This document shows positions 40,150 to 51,552 of a DNA stretch of 64,000 nt, piece after piece. The notes under the pieces are model-generated. The model worked only from the letters and a program-made list of their open reading frames with translations, made no database searches and had not been told where the DNA came from. A program made the position numbers and the translations under genes. Origin of the DNA: Eledone cirrhosa (Eukaryota); NCBI GenBank assembly GCA_964016885.1, contig OZ024740.1, positions 233,926,001 through 233,990,000 of the forward strand, read 5' to 3'. Numbering within the stretch: position 1 is the first letter of the stretch; every line of letters starts with the position of its first letter.

Positions 40150-43100
40150 AATAATAATAATAATGATTTCATTTATTGGCCACACGGGCCGACATATAGG
40201 GGACAATACAAAAGACTGGGACAGTGGGGTTTTACAGAAAAATCGAGTAAACAATATGAATCACAATAACAAAGTAACAATAACAAAGTAACAATAAAGT
40301 ACCAGTAAAATTACAAGAAAAAATTTCCCCAATAGGGGGGATGACCACCTAGGGTTCGCTCAGGTACCCACCAGTCCTGAACGACCCGACGCTTCGAGAG
40401 CACCCTGGAAGGGCAGCCCTCTCCTCCTCAAATTTACCTACCTACAGCCGCATGACCAGAGTAGGCCCACTCACACGGGCCATTCTCGCCACATTCACCC
40501 ACCTTTCAGCAAATGTACTGTGGGAGGGGGGTGCAACACTTCTCTCTCCACCCTCACCTTCCTTTCCAAGTGAAACTTGAAAAAGTTGATGAGGGATTGG
40601 CCGAAGAGAAAAGTGTCTGTCTTCAGTCCTTTCAACCTCGTCCACCATACAACCTCTTTCGCTACTGCCACCAGACAGAGGAAAATTGCCTGCCCTTCCT
40701 GACCAAAAGAAGGCGGCGGGTCGATCTTCACTATGGACTCGGCCAATAGCCGGATCCGTTCTACACGCGACAACAGCTGTTCAACATAACTCCACAAGTC
40801 AGTAATGCACGGACACTGGACGAGTGCGTGCAGAACGGTTTCGTCGCTCTTCGCGCATCTCGTGCCTGTAGAGTTTATCTCGAACCTGCAGTGCCCCCCG
40901 GTAGCACTGCCAAGCGAGGGAATTTTGGAAATTATCCATCGTCCTCAGCTCGAAAGTCCTCCGGTACAGACTGGTTAGTTCGACTTCGTCGCACTTGCCC
41001 ACCACTAATCCTCTATAGAACTCGAGAGTGGAAGTCCCACTGACCGCATTGCCCGCCTGGTAGAAGGCAGTGAGTGCCTGGCAACATTCCAGATGCCAGT
41101 CACCCAGTCTCGGTCTCTTCTTGACCCAGGACTGCAGCTTAGTCAAAGAAACGAGCTGCGGAAAGGCCCATATGACAAACGGCGACCACACCTTTTTGCC
41201 GTTTAGGCAGAATATCTGGAGATGCCGCAGCCTCAGCACGTGCCTGCGCATCATTAGCCACGGCATGCCCAGCCCTCCACGTAGAGGGTGCTGGCAGCAG
41301 ATGGACCGCCTCACCAGCGGAACCTGACCCCTCCACAAGAATTTGAAGAGGAGCCACTCCAAGATTTCTTGGAGTGAACGGGGGCGCGAGGCGCGAACGG
41401 GGGCAAGGGACGACAGTCAGACGGTAGTAGATGACGGACGCGATGTACGCGTTCGCCACCTCCGCCCGACCTTTCAGTGATATCTTCATCCCAGCCCATT
41501 TCTGGGTGAGACTGGCTACCCTGCCCGTCACCTGGTCCCAATTCTTATCCACCTGGAGGTCTGGCCCGAACGAAACCCCTAGCAATTTTACGGGTCCGTC
41601 CGTCCAGCGCCTAACGACGCTGTTGGACGGCATGCACTTGCCTCTCCAGGTGCCGAGTTGCAAGCCCACTGACTTTTCCGGGTTAAGTTTTGCTCCAATC
41701 AACCTTTAATATTGCTCCAATAAGTTGGCGACTACCTCGATTTCTGAGGTGTCCGACACCATCACAGTGATAAGCCGACACTGTGATAAGCCGACACTGT
41801 GATAAGCCGACACAGCCTTTCCGCGTCCCGGTTCGAGCGGGATGCCCTGCAACAGCTCCAGCTCTAGCTACCCTCTCTATGATGTATCGCATTAGGTGGA
41901 GGTTGTCGTGTATGGTCCTGGTTGGGATTATGCAAGTTTGCGCCTCCCCAACCAAATGCCCGACGACAAGCGCCAACCTCTTCGCTAACACCCTGGCCAA
42001 AATCTTAAACTCTGTGTTGAGCAGAGTTATGGGCCTGAAATTGTCTAATGTGTCCCTCTTGTTCTCGTCTTTCCTTATCAGCGTTTCTACGCCCGGCTCA
42101 CAGAACTGGGAATACTCCCATTTTGCTGCCAGTTGCAGTAGAGGGCTTCCAGGAGATTGGAGAACAAGTCTGGCATATTTACGTAAAGCTCGTAGGGCAG
42201 ACCATCCCAACCGGGTGACTTGCGCCTCATGCAGCCGACAAGGGCATCCTGAATCTCGGCTGAAGTAATTGGCTTTTCGCAGCGCCCAGCGTCAGCCGTC
42301 GAGAGTTGCGGCAAGCCATCGAAGTAGGGACTGAAGTCCGGCACCATCTCTGACCCGCCACTTCCCCCGAACAACCGAGCAAAATGATGGCGAAAGGCCT
42401 CACACATCCTCTTGGAATCGCTCAGCTCGTGCCCGTCTCGGTCCGTCAAAAATCGAATCGTGGTTTTATTACCACGCTGCGCCTCTGCCACGCGGGCCCA
42501 TCGAACATCTTTGGTTCCCTCGTTTCTTAGAGCACGCGCCTCAGCTCTGACAATGCAACCTTTGTGTTTCGCATTGAAGAAATGGTCTAATGCCATTCTC
42601 GCCGCTAGCACGTCAGTTGCAATGCCACTACCAATAGCCTCGTCTCACTTATCTACCCCCCCCCCTCCTTTCTATTTTTCTCTAACGCTACTTCTTTGCT
42701 AAACTCTATCGACATTACTCTAATCTCTCTTTTGAGAGCCCCCCCCCCCCCCGACTATCTATTGTTGACGACTCCCCCGTCAACTTTTTCTTAACTAAAT
42801 TGTTGTTTAGCTTCCAGTAACCAGGTCCTAACCTACGCGTCTTATCTAGGTCGACCATACAGAACACAAACTTGTGATCTGCATAGGCGACCGTTTCAAA
42901 ACGTGGACAGCTTACACTATTTCTGTCTATTTTCCTAATGAATATCCTGTCTATATACGATTTAGATGACCCTATGCGGTTAGCCCAGGTCCACACTGGC
43001 GCATTAGGGAAATCTAGTCGGTACCTGTCAGACAGTTGGAACTGGCTGATCAGGTTCTTGAGGCTTTTGCACCCCCCGCTCCTATCGGATACTCCCACAC

Positions 43101-45728
43101 AGTCCCAGCGTGCGTCTAAGATACCGTTCCAGTCCCCCGCTAACAGTAAAGGGCGAGACGTACCCAGAAAGGCTTCCAGGCGTCTAAAGAAGTCCGGCGT
43201 CCTGCCCAAGTAGGGGCATAGACGGCCACCAGTCTAAAGGCACCACCTTCTTTATTGTTCACGTCCAGGACCACCAGCTTCCCGTCCGGGTCCCGGAAGA
43301 TCGACCTTACCTCGAGATCCAGGCCTTTCCTAAACAGCACTGCGACCCCCCCCCCATTCCGACCGGCTAACAGATGCAAAGATCTGATAGTCGTCGAAAA
43401 TGGGGGCTAGTGCGCGCGTGTCGGAAATCCTCGTCTCGCTGACGGCAATTACATCCATTTCTATAGACCTGAGGTCGTTGAGCAGGTGACCCTGCTTCCA
43501 GGACGATCCCAGGCCTCGAACATTCAAACATCCTACTCTTAATACGGCCATGTTGGCAGGTTAAAAAGAGAGAGAGGAAGGTTTACTTATCTTCCGGGCT
43601 CTTGTGAAGGTCGGGTTGTTCGACCTCCATAGTTGGTGGGGTTTCTTTTGGGAACCCCTTTAAAAGTCTTGAAGTGGATTTTACGTTCGGTGTTCCCACG
43701 TCCCGAGGAAAGCTGTCTCGTACTTCTTTGAATATATCGATCGACATTCACACCAGAACCAAATCTTCCAGCACGCGAAATGTGCTCGATTTAAAAATTT
43801 CCCCCTCTTTTTGTATATTTTCACTTCGTGCTACGAGGGCCATCAGTTCCTTGTTGGACCCCCTGACGAGCACGAAGTTTTGTATGTCTTGTTGGTGTGA
43901 TTTTATTTGTTTGCGTGGCTGTAGTGGTTTTGATGGTGTTGTTTCGGTTGTGTCTGTGTTTGTTGTGAGTGCGGTGTCTGTGGTTTCAGATGTTTGTGTG
44001 TATATTTGTTCTTGCGTCTGTTTAGGTTGTTTGCGTTTGGGGGATTCTGGTGATGGTGATGGTGGTGTTGATGTTGGTATTATTGGAGAGATGTTTGCGT
44101 GGGTGGTGTCTGCGTTTTTTATTGGGGGTGATTTTGTGCTTTGTTGAGTTTTTTTTTCTTTTTGTGTTTCCCTTTTTGTATTTTTGGGGATTTTGGTTTT
44201 CCCTCATCTTCACTACTGGTAGATGAGGGGTCTGTGTCTGTAAGTGTGTCTGTATGTATGTTTATGGTTTTATTGGTGTGTGTATTTTGGGGGGAGGGGG
44301 AATTTGACAGCTTTCCTCGTTTCCCCCCTGGGTGATCAATGTTGGTGGTGGTTTTGCCGGTGCTGGTGTTGGTTGTGGTCCTCTCCCCGGCGTCGGCAGC
44401 AGTGGAGCCTTTCGACCCCTTGCCTCTTTCAGCAGTTGAGGGCAGAAGGCTCGCAAATGGGTTTTTTCCCCCACAAACAAAACACTGCGGCCTTTTGCCT
44501 TCGGTCATAATGTGAATGACCGTCCCATTCTGAAGGCAGATTGTCTTCACATTCTCGGGCCTGATCTGGAGAAGGATCTCCAGGTCAACCCCGGACCAGG
44601 CCTCTCTGGTCGTTCTGGTCACTTCTATAGGGACGGTATCCGTCCCCTCCACAATCACACATCCCAGAAGCCACCACATGTCAAGTACTGGTGGGATTCT
44701 GGGAATGCGGAGACGGGCCGTTCTTTTTCCCATGTGGGAGGGGTACATTATGACCTTGCTGGTTTTGCAAGGAGTCATAGCGTGTTTCATAGCGAGGGCT
44801 TCTGACTTGAACAACACCGAAATGGTGCCGTACTGTCTGCCCCTCGCTATGTATTCGGTGTCTTCTCTGATGCACCTCAGCGCGACTTCGACATCTGCTG
44901 CCCAGTTGGTTTGTGCTGCCCAGTTGGTTTGTGCTGAGATGCATCTATAATGCACCGTTCTGCGCTCCACTGCCTCAATAGCTTCTACCGGGACAGTTAA
45001 GTTGGTCCAGGTTTGTTCTTGCTTAATCAGCTTCCATGCCTGGGCCAATTTTTCGTCTTTGTTTGAGAGGTCCATGTTGAAGCATGGCCTCTTTTTTGCT
45101 GCTGCCGCAGCGAAAGTGTTCTTTTTGTTTTCGTTGGAGGTGTTGTTGTTGTCGTTGTCGTTGTTCTTGTTGGTGTTGTTGTTATCACTGTCGCTGTTAT
45201 CAGTGTTGTCTTTGTTGCCACCGTTGTTCTCGGTGCAGTTGGTATTGTTGGTGTTGGTGCTATTTGTTTTCATGTTAGTGGCATTGATATTGTTGCATTT
45301 GTCATTTTTTTTTTTTTGTTATCTGTATTTTCGTTGTCGCTGTTACTGTCATTTTTTTTTAAAATTAGAGTTCTCATTGGTATCATTGGTGTCTTTGTTT
45401 ACATTGTTTTTGGTGGTGTTTGTGTTATCATTGTGTGTTAATTTCGCTGTAGCGCTCCTCTCAACTTCTACGTCGTTGTCGCACGACAGGAGACATATCG
45501 CTGGGGGGCGTGGCTCAGCCATGTTATTTTTTTCTTCTTAAATTTTTTAACATGTAAAAAAAGTTCAAATATTTGGGCCAAAAGGCCCAAATATTATACT
45601 TTCCCCTTCACGGGGCAAAGTCTAAGGGCTTATATCCCTTACACAACAAGAAATATTTAACATCAAATAATTTTAACAGGCAAATAAAGCGACTTACTGG
45701 GAGCGAGCAAAATACGTCCGCTTAGACC
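40150..45728 (-). mobile_element. L1-Tx1 clade LINE copy E3, full span, internal RT deletion
   Basis: ORF1 44119-45273 with CFVCG..HLRAFCP; ORF2 MAVLRVGCLNVRGL, GDWNG, GPGYWKLN; both ends flanked by (AAT)n. Confidence 0.92.
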
Positions 45729-45873
45729 AATAATAATAATAATAATTGTTTCTACTTTAGGCACAAGGCCAGCAATTACCCAGTACATTACTGGTACTTT
45801 ATTTTATCGACCCCGTAAGGATGAAAGGCAAAGTTATCCTCGGCGGGATTTGAACTCAGATCGTAAAGGGACG
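45729..45873 (-). mobile_element. SINE whose (ATT)n tail adjoins the 5' end of E3
   Basis: Tail, body and B-box match the family; head replaced by a templated insertion. Confidence 0.85.
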
Positions 45874-45931
45874 AAAACAAAAAGAACACTTTCGCTGCGG
45901 CAGCAGCAAAAAAGAGGCCATGCTTCAACAT

Positions 45932-48900
45932 AATAATAATAATGCTTTCTTTATTAACCACAAGGGTTTACACAAAGTAAGACATTAAGGACAGTACAGG
46001 ACAATACAGGACGGTACAAATTGGCATTTATGCGTGTAAAAAAAAAAAAAACAGAGGATGTAACAAAAAAAGAAACAACGAAAAATCCCCCAATAGGGGG
46101 GGGCGGGTCTTCCGTGGGACATTAGTGGAGAAAGCCCATTAAAAAAGCTACGGTGACCCTGACCACCAGGGCAAGTGCCCTCTCCCAGTTTTCCACCTTT
46201 AATTTACAGGCACATACTCAGAGTAGGCCTATTCACTCGGGCCATTCTAGCCTCTCTCACCCATCTTTCAACAAAATGCTGGGAAGAGAGCACTTCCCTC
46301 TCTACCCTGATTTTCCTTTTCGAATGAAATTTGAAAAAGTTAATCAGGGCATCACCGTAGAGGTAAGTGCTCGTCTTCAGCCCTTTCAAACGTGGCTAAA
46401 GGAAGAGGGCGGGGCAATCCTCACGATGGACTCAGCTGATAGCCGGATCCATCCTACACACGACAGCAGGTGTCCGACATAAACCCACAAGTCAGCAATG
46501 CTCGGACACTGGACGAGTGCGCGCAGGACGGTTTCGTCGCCCTGCACGCATCTCAGACATGTCCGGCTGACGACACCTCCATGCCTGTAGAGTTTATCCC
46601 GAACTGGCAAAGCTCCTCAGTAGCACTGCCAGGCCAGGGATTTCTGGAAGTTGTCCATGAAAGTTCTTCCGAAGAGAATGGCTAATTGATTTTCGTCGAC
46701 GCCTAGAGTTTCCCCAAGTACGTCGTCGCTCTTCCCCTCCATTAATCCTCTATAGAACGCCAAGGTGGAGTTTCCACCGATCACATTGCCCGATTGGTCG
46801 AGGGCTGTGAGCGTCTAAAGACATTCCAGTATCCAAGCACTCCCTCTCGGTCTTCGCTTGACCCAGGTCTGCAGCTCCGTCAAGGAGACGAGCTGGGGAA
46901 AGACGTGTCTAGCAAACGGCGACCACACCTGATCACCGTCGAGGAAGAGGTGGAGATGTCGTAGCCTGAGCGCGTGTCTGCGCATCATCAGCCACGGCAT
47001 GCCCAGCCTTCCACGTAGCGAGTGTTGACAGCAGATGGACCACCTGACCATCGGAGCGCGTCCCTTCCACAAAAAGCGAAAGAGCAAACGCTCCAGCGCA
47101 GTCAGGCGAGGCTTAGGACAAGGTACGACGGTCAGGCGGTAGTAGATGACGGATGCGATGTACGCATTCGCCACCTCCGCTCGAACTTTCAGGGATAGCT
47201 TCCTCTCTGCCCATTTCTGGGTGAGAGAAGCCACCCTACTCGTCACCTCGTCCCAGTTTTTGTCCGTCTGTAGGTCCGGACCGAAACAGACCCCCAGCAA
47301 TTTAACCGTTCCGTCCGTCCAGCGCCCGACAACGCTGTTGGACGGCATGGACCTGCCTCTCCAGGTGCCGAGCTGCAGACCCACCAACTTTTCCTGGTTG
47401 ATCATTGCTCCTGTCACCGCTTCGTATTCTCTTAGTGTAGTGCCGATCGCCTCGATGTGTTTGGCGTTCGACACTACTACGGTGACATCGTTCGCATATG
47501 CTGACACGGATCTTCCGCATCCTAGTTCGCGCGGGATCCCCCTCAACGTCTCCAGTTTGTGCAGTAATGACTCGAGAGTCAATACGTACGAGAGGGACGA
47601 GAGGGAACATCCTTGGCGGACCGAGCGCATGATGTTGAACGGTTCCGAAAGGTGACCGTTGACTCTCACCACAGAGCAGATGTCGCTGTGTATGTCAGCG
47701 ATCCAGCCTCTGAAGACGGGCCCAAAGCCAGCCGCCCTCAGGGATTCCGCCAGATAACGATAGTCGACCCTATCGAAAGCTTTCGACTGATCTAAATTGA
47801 TGAAGGACCCACCGTGCCAGGTTCCCTAGCTACCCTCTCCACGATGTATCGCATGAGGTGGAGGTTGTTGTGGATGGATATGTCTGGAATGGCGCATGTC
47901 TGTGCTTCTCCCACCAGACCACCAACGACAAGCGCCAACTTCTTTGCTAGCACCTTGGCCAAAATCTTGAACTCTGTGTTTAGCAGAGTTATGGGCCTGA
48001 AATTATCTATGTTATCCCCCTTGTTTGGATCCTTTCTCAGCAGCGCCACCGCTCCTCGGCTCACAGAGCTGTGAATTCTCCCGTTCTGTTGCCAGTTGCA
48101 GTAAACGTCCGCCAAGAGGCCTCCGAACAAGTCTGGCATCTGTATGTAAAGTTCATAGGGCAGACCATCCAAACCAGGCGATTTACCCCTTGTGCAGCCA
48201 GTCATTGTCTCCCGTACTTCAGCGGCTGTTATCGACTTTTCGCAATACTCCGCCTCAGTAGCCGAGAGCCGCGGCAGTCCGTCGAGGTAGGCACTAAAAT
48301 CCATCCCTCGATCCGGCGCGCCGTTGCCCCCGAATAGCTGAGCGAAGTGTCGCTGAAAAGCTTCACACATTTGCCCGGGATCGAGTAGCATGCGCCCGTT
48401 GTGGTCCACCAAAGACCGGATCGTGACTTTATTGCCACGACGCGCCTCCGCCACTCGGGCCCATTGAACGGCTTTCGTCCCCTCGTGTCTGAGAGCACGC
48501 ATCCTAGCTGTGACAACGCAGCCTTCGTGCTTTGCATTGAAGAATTGGTCAAGGGCCAATTTCGCCGCAAGTACGTCGGTCGCGAAGCCTTTACTAAGCG
48601 CCTCGTCTAATTTTCTAACTAGTTCTCCCTCTGCTCCATTTTTCTCTATTGCTAAAGCCTTACTAAACCTAATGGACTCTATTCTAATCGCTCTTTTCAG
48701 AGCAAACCACCATTTTGTTGTTGACGATGGCCCCAGTCAACGCCTGCTTAACTAATTCGCTAATCCGGTCTCTGTAGACCTTGCGCACTGTTAATGATGC
48801 GTTTAGCTCCCAGTACCCGGGTCCCTGTCTATGAAGCCTATCTAAGTCAACCTCACAGATCACGAATTTGTGGTCTGTGTAGTCGACTATTTTGAAATGT

Positions 48901-51552
48901 GGACAGTCTAAGCTAGACCTATCTATTTCCCTACAAAATACCCTATCTAGATATGATCTGGATGACCCGATGCGTTTTATCCATGTCCACATTGGCACAT
49001 TCGGGAAATTCAGACGGTACCTGTCAGACAGTTGAAACCGTCTGAGAAGGTTTGCGAGGATTTTACACCCTCCTCCCCTATCCGTTAATCCCACACAGTC
49101 CCAGCGTGCATCTATGATCCCGTTCCAGTCGCCCACTAACACTAAAGAGCGGGACGTTCAAAGAAAGGTCTCCAGACGCCGGAAGAAATCAGGCCGCCCT
49201 GCTCTTGACGGGGCATAGACGGCCACTAGCCTGAAAGCTGCTCGTCTCCACTGGTCACGTCCAGCACCACCAACTTACCTTCTGGGTCCAGGAAGATGGC
49301 CCGTATGACGAGATTCAAACCTCACCGAAAAACCACATGAACTCCTCCCCCCGATCCAGGACGGCTGGGAGATGAGTACACATCGTAGCCGCCGAAGATC
49401 AGTGCTTCGGAGATTCTGGTCTCGCTAATGGCCACCACATCTATGTTTAGAGACCTGAGGTCGTTGAGCAGGTGGCCCTGCTTCCATGCCGACCCCAGGC
49501 CACGCGCATTTATGCTGCCTATTCTGAATGAGGTCATGTTGAAAAGGAATGGAAAAAGATTGGAAAGACCACTTACCTTACTTCTCGTAGAGAAGGATGG
49601 TTTCTCCATCCTTCTCACAGCTTGTGGCCTTCTCCGGAAGGATGACCTTATAAATCCTCCTGGGGAGTGTTTGTCGGAAGTCTCCGATGTCCTTGGGGAA
49701 TTTTTGTTTTAGTGTCGTGTACGTTTTCTGTGTGATGCGAGTGATTTGTATGTGTGGAGGTGGTGTGAATTTTTGGGGTGTTGTGTAGTCTTTTTCTGAG
49801 ATGCTGGTGTTGTGTTAGATGTAGTGTAATAATTGGGTTTTTGTTCAAATTTAATACTGTGTAGTGTGTATCATTTTGGTTGTTTTGTTTTGTTTGCGTT
49901 TGTTGTGGGTTTGTTTCTGTTTCGCTTTTTAGTGATTTTTGTGGTGTTGGTCATGGTGGTTGTGGGGTTAATGATGGTGTTTGTGGTGATGGGGCTGGTG
50001 ATGCTGGTGTGGGTGGTGGCATAGCTGTCTTAGCGTTTTTATTTGTTTGCTTATTTGTTTCCCCCTGCATTTTGTTTTTGGAGGGTGAAGGAAGAGGATT
50101 TTTTTCTTTTTGGGGTTCTTTTTTCTTTTTCATTTTTCCTGATACCATTTCCCATTCCTCGTCGTCACAATCTGTCTCCAGTTGGGATAGGTCGGGGAGT
50201 GGAAAATCCTCCACAGGCGTTGGTTTTGGATGTGGCCTGGTGGATGGTGGAGGCGCTGGTGCTAATTCTGGCGCGGTGGGTGGTGGTGGTGTTGGTTTTG
50301 ATACTGTTGCTTCTGTTGTTGCTGCTACAGTTGTTGCTGCCATTTCTGCTACTGGTGGTTTTGATGGTTGAGTCACTGGGGTGGGTAGGAGAGGTGACCT
50401 CAACTTTTTAGCCTGAGGGCAGAAAGCCTTTAGGTGGGTTCCTTCACCACAACGACACACCTAGGCCTTCTACCCTCAATGATTACGGTTAGGTGGCTGC
50501 CGTTATAGAGGTCTATCACCTCCGGAATTTCCTCAATGTTGTTTTGGTCCGATTGGATCAGGAGTTCCATCCCATATCCGGACCAGTTCTCCTGCTTTTC
50601 TTTTGTTACCTCAATTATTTTCGTGTTGGCCTAGATGCCGGCGAGGACGGCAGCCATTAGCCAGGGAATTTCAATGGCCGGCGGAACGTGGGTCACCCTG
50701 ATTTTCACGAGTCTCTGACCACAATAGCTTGGGACGAGTGTGAACTCGTCACTTCTTAATGGAGCCATGGAGTGCTCTTTGGCTTCCTGTGGGGTTCCAA
50801 AGAACACGTCCACGGTTCCATATTTCTGCCTACATCTGATGTCAGTTTTTTTCGCCCACACATGTCCCAAAGCTTTTTGTATCTGGGACTCGGATGCCCA
50901 TTCCAGTCGGCGCGATTTTGTGTTTATCGTCCGATATAACACGGTGCATAGGCGCCGATGTTCCCTTTTATTAGAAGGGGGTGAGGCTGACCCTGTACCC
51001 ATCGATCTTTATACCATTTTCTTGGCTTCATTTAATTCATCCTGGCTTACCTCGATTTATTTGCTTTTCTTGGTTGCTTTGGCAAAGACGCATTTTGTTT
51101 TGAGCTGGTGTTTATGTTGTTGTTGTTATTCTCATTGTTGTTGTTGTTGCTGTTGTTGCTATTGTTATTTTTAGTTTCAGTTGTGGTGGAGGTGGTGGTG
51201 GTATCAGTGGTGTTCGGCATGGAAGAGTCGATTCTGGGTGAATCCATTTCGATGTCACGAGATAATAATTTATTTTTTTCTTTTGTTTCTGTTGTCGCTG
51301 TGGTGGTGGTGTGGATGGCGGCTTTAACACCTGCAGTTTTTGGTAATGGCAGGAAATGAATGTCAGCATGAGACAAATTTAAATTATTGCTAGTGCTTAT
51401 ATTTTTAGTGTTGGCAAACGTAGTAATATTTACAATGGTGGTGTTGGTGTGAGGTGTTAGTTTGCGAGGAAGGCTGTCAGCTTGGTGTGGCTGTGATTTG
51501 TCCATGATTTTTTCAAAGAAAATTTTTGTTTGATAATTATAAAAGTTTAAAT
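45932..51552 (-). mobile_element. L1-Tx1 clade LINE copy E4 (same subfamily as E1), 5'UTR clipped
   Basis: ORF1 51505 to ~49575; ORF2 EN/RT fragments (RSVRQGC, SAYANDV); 3' AATAAAGAAAGC(ATT)n. Confidence 0.92.
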
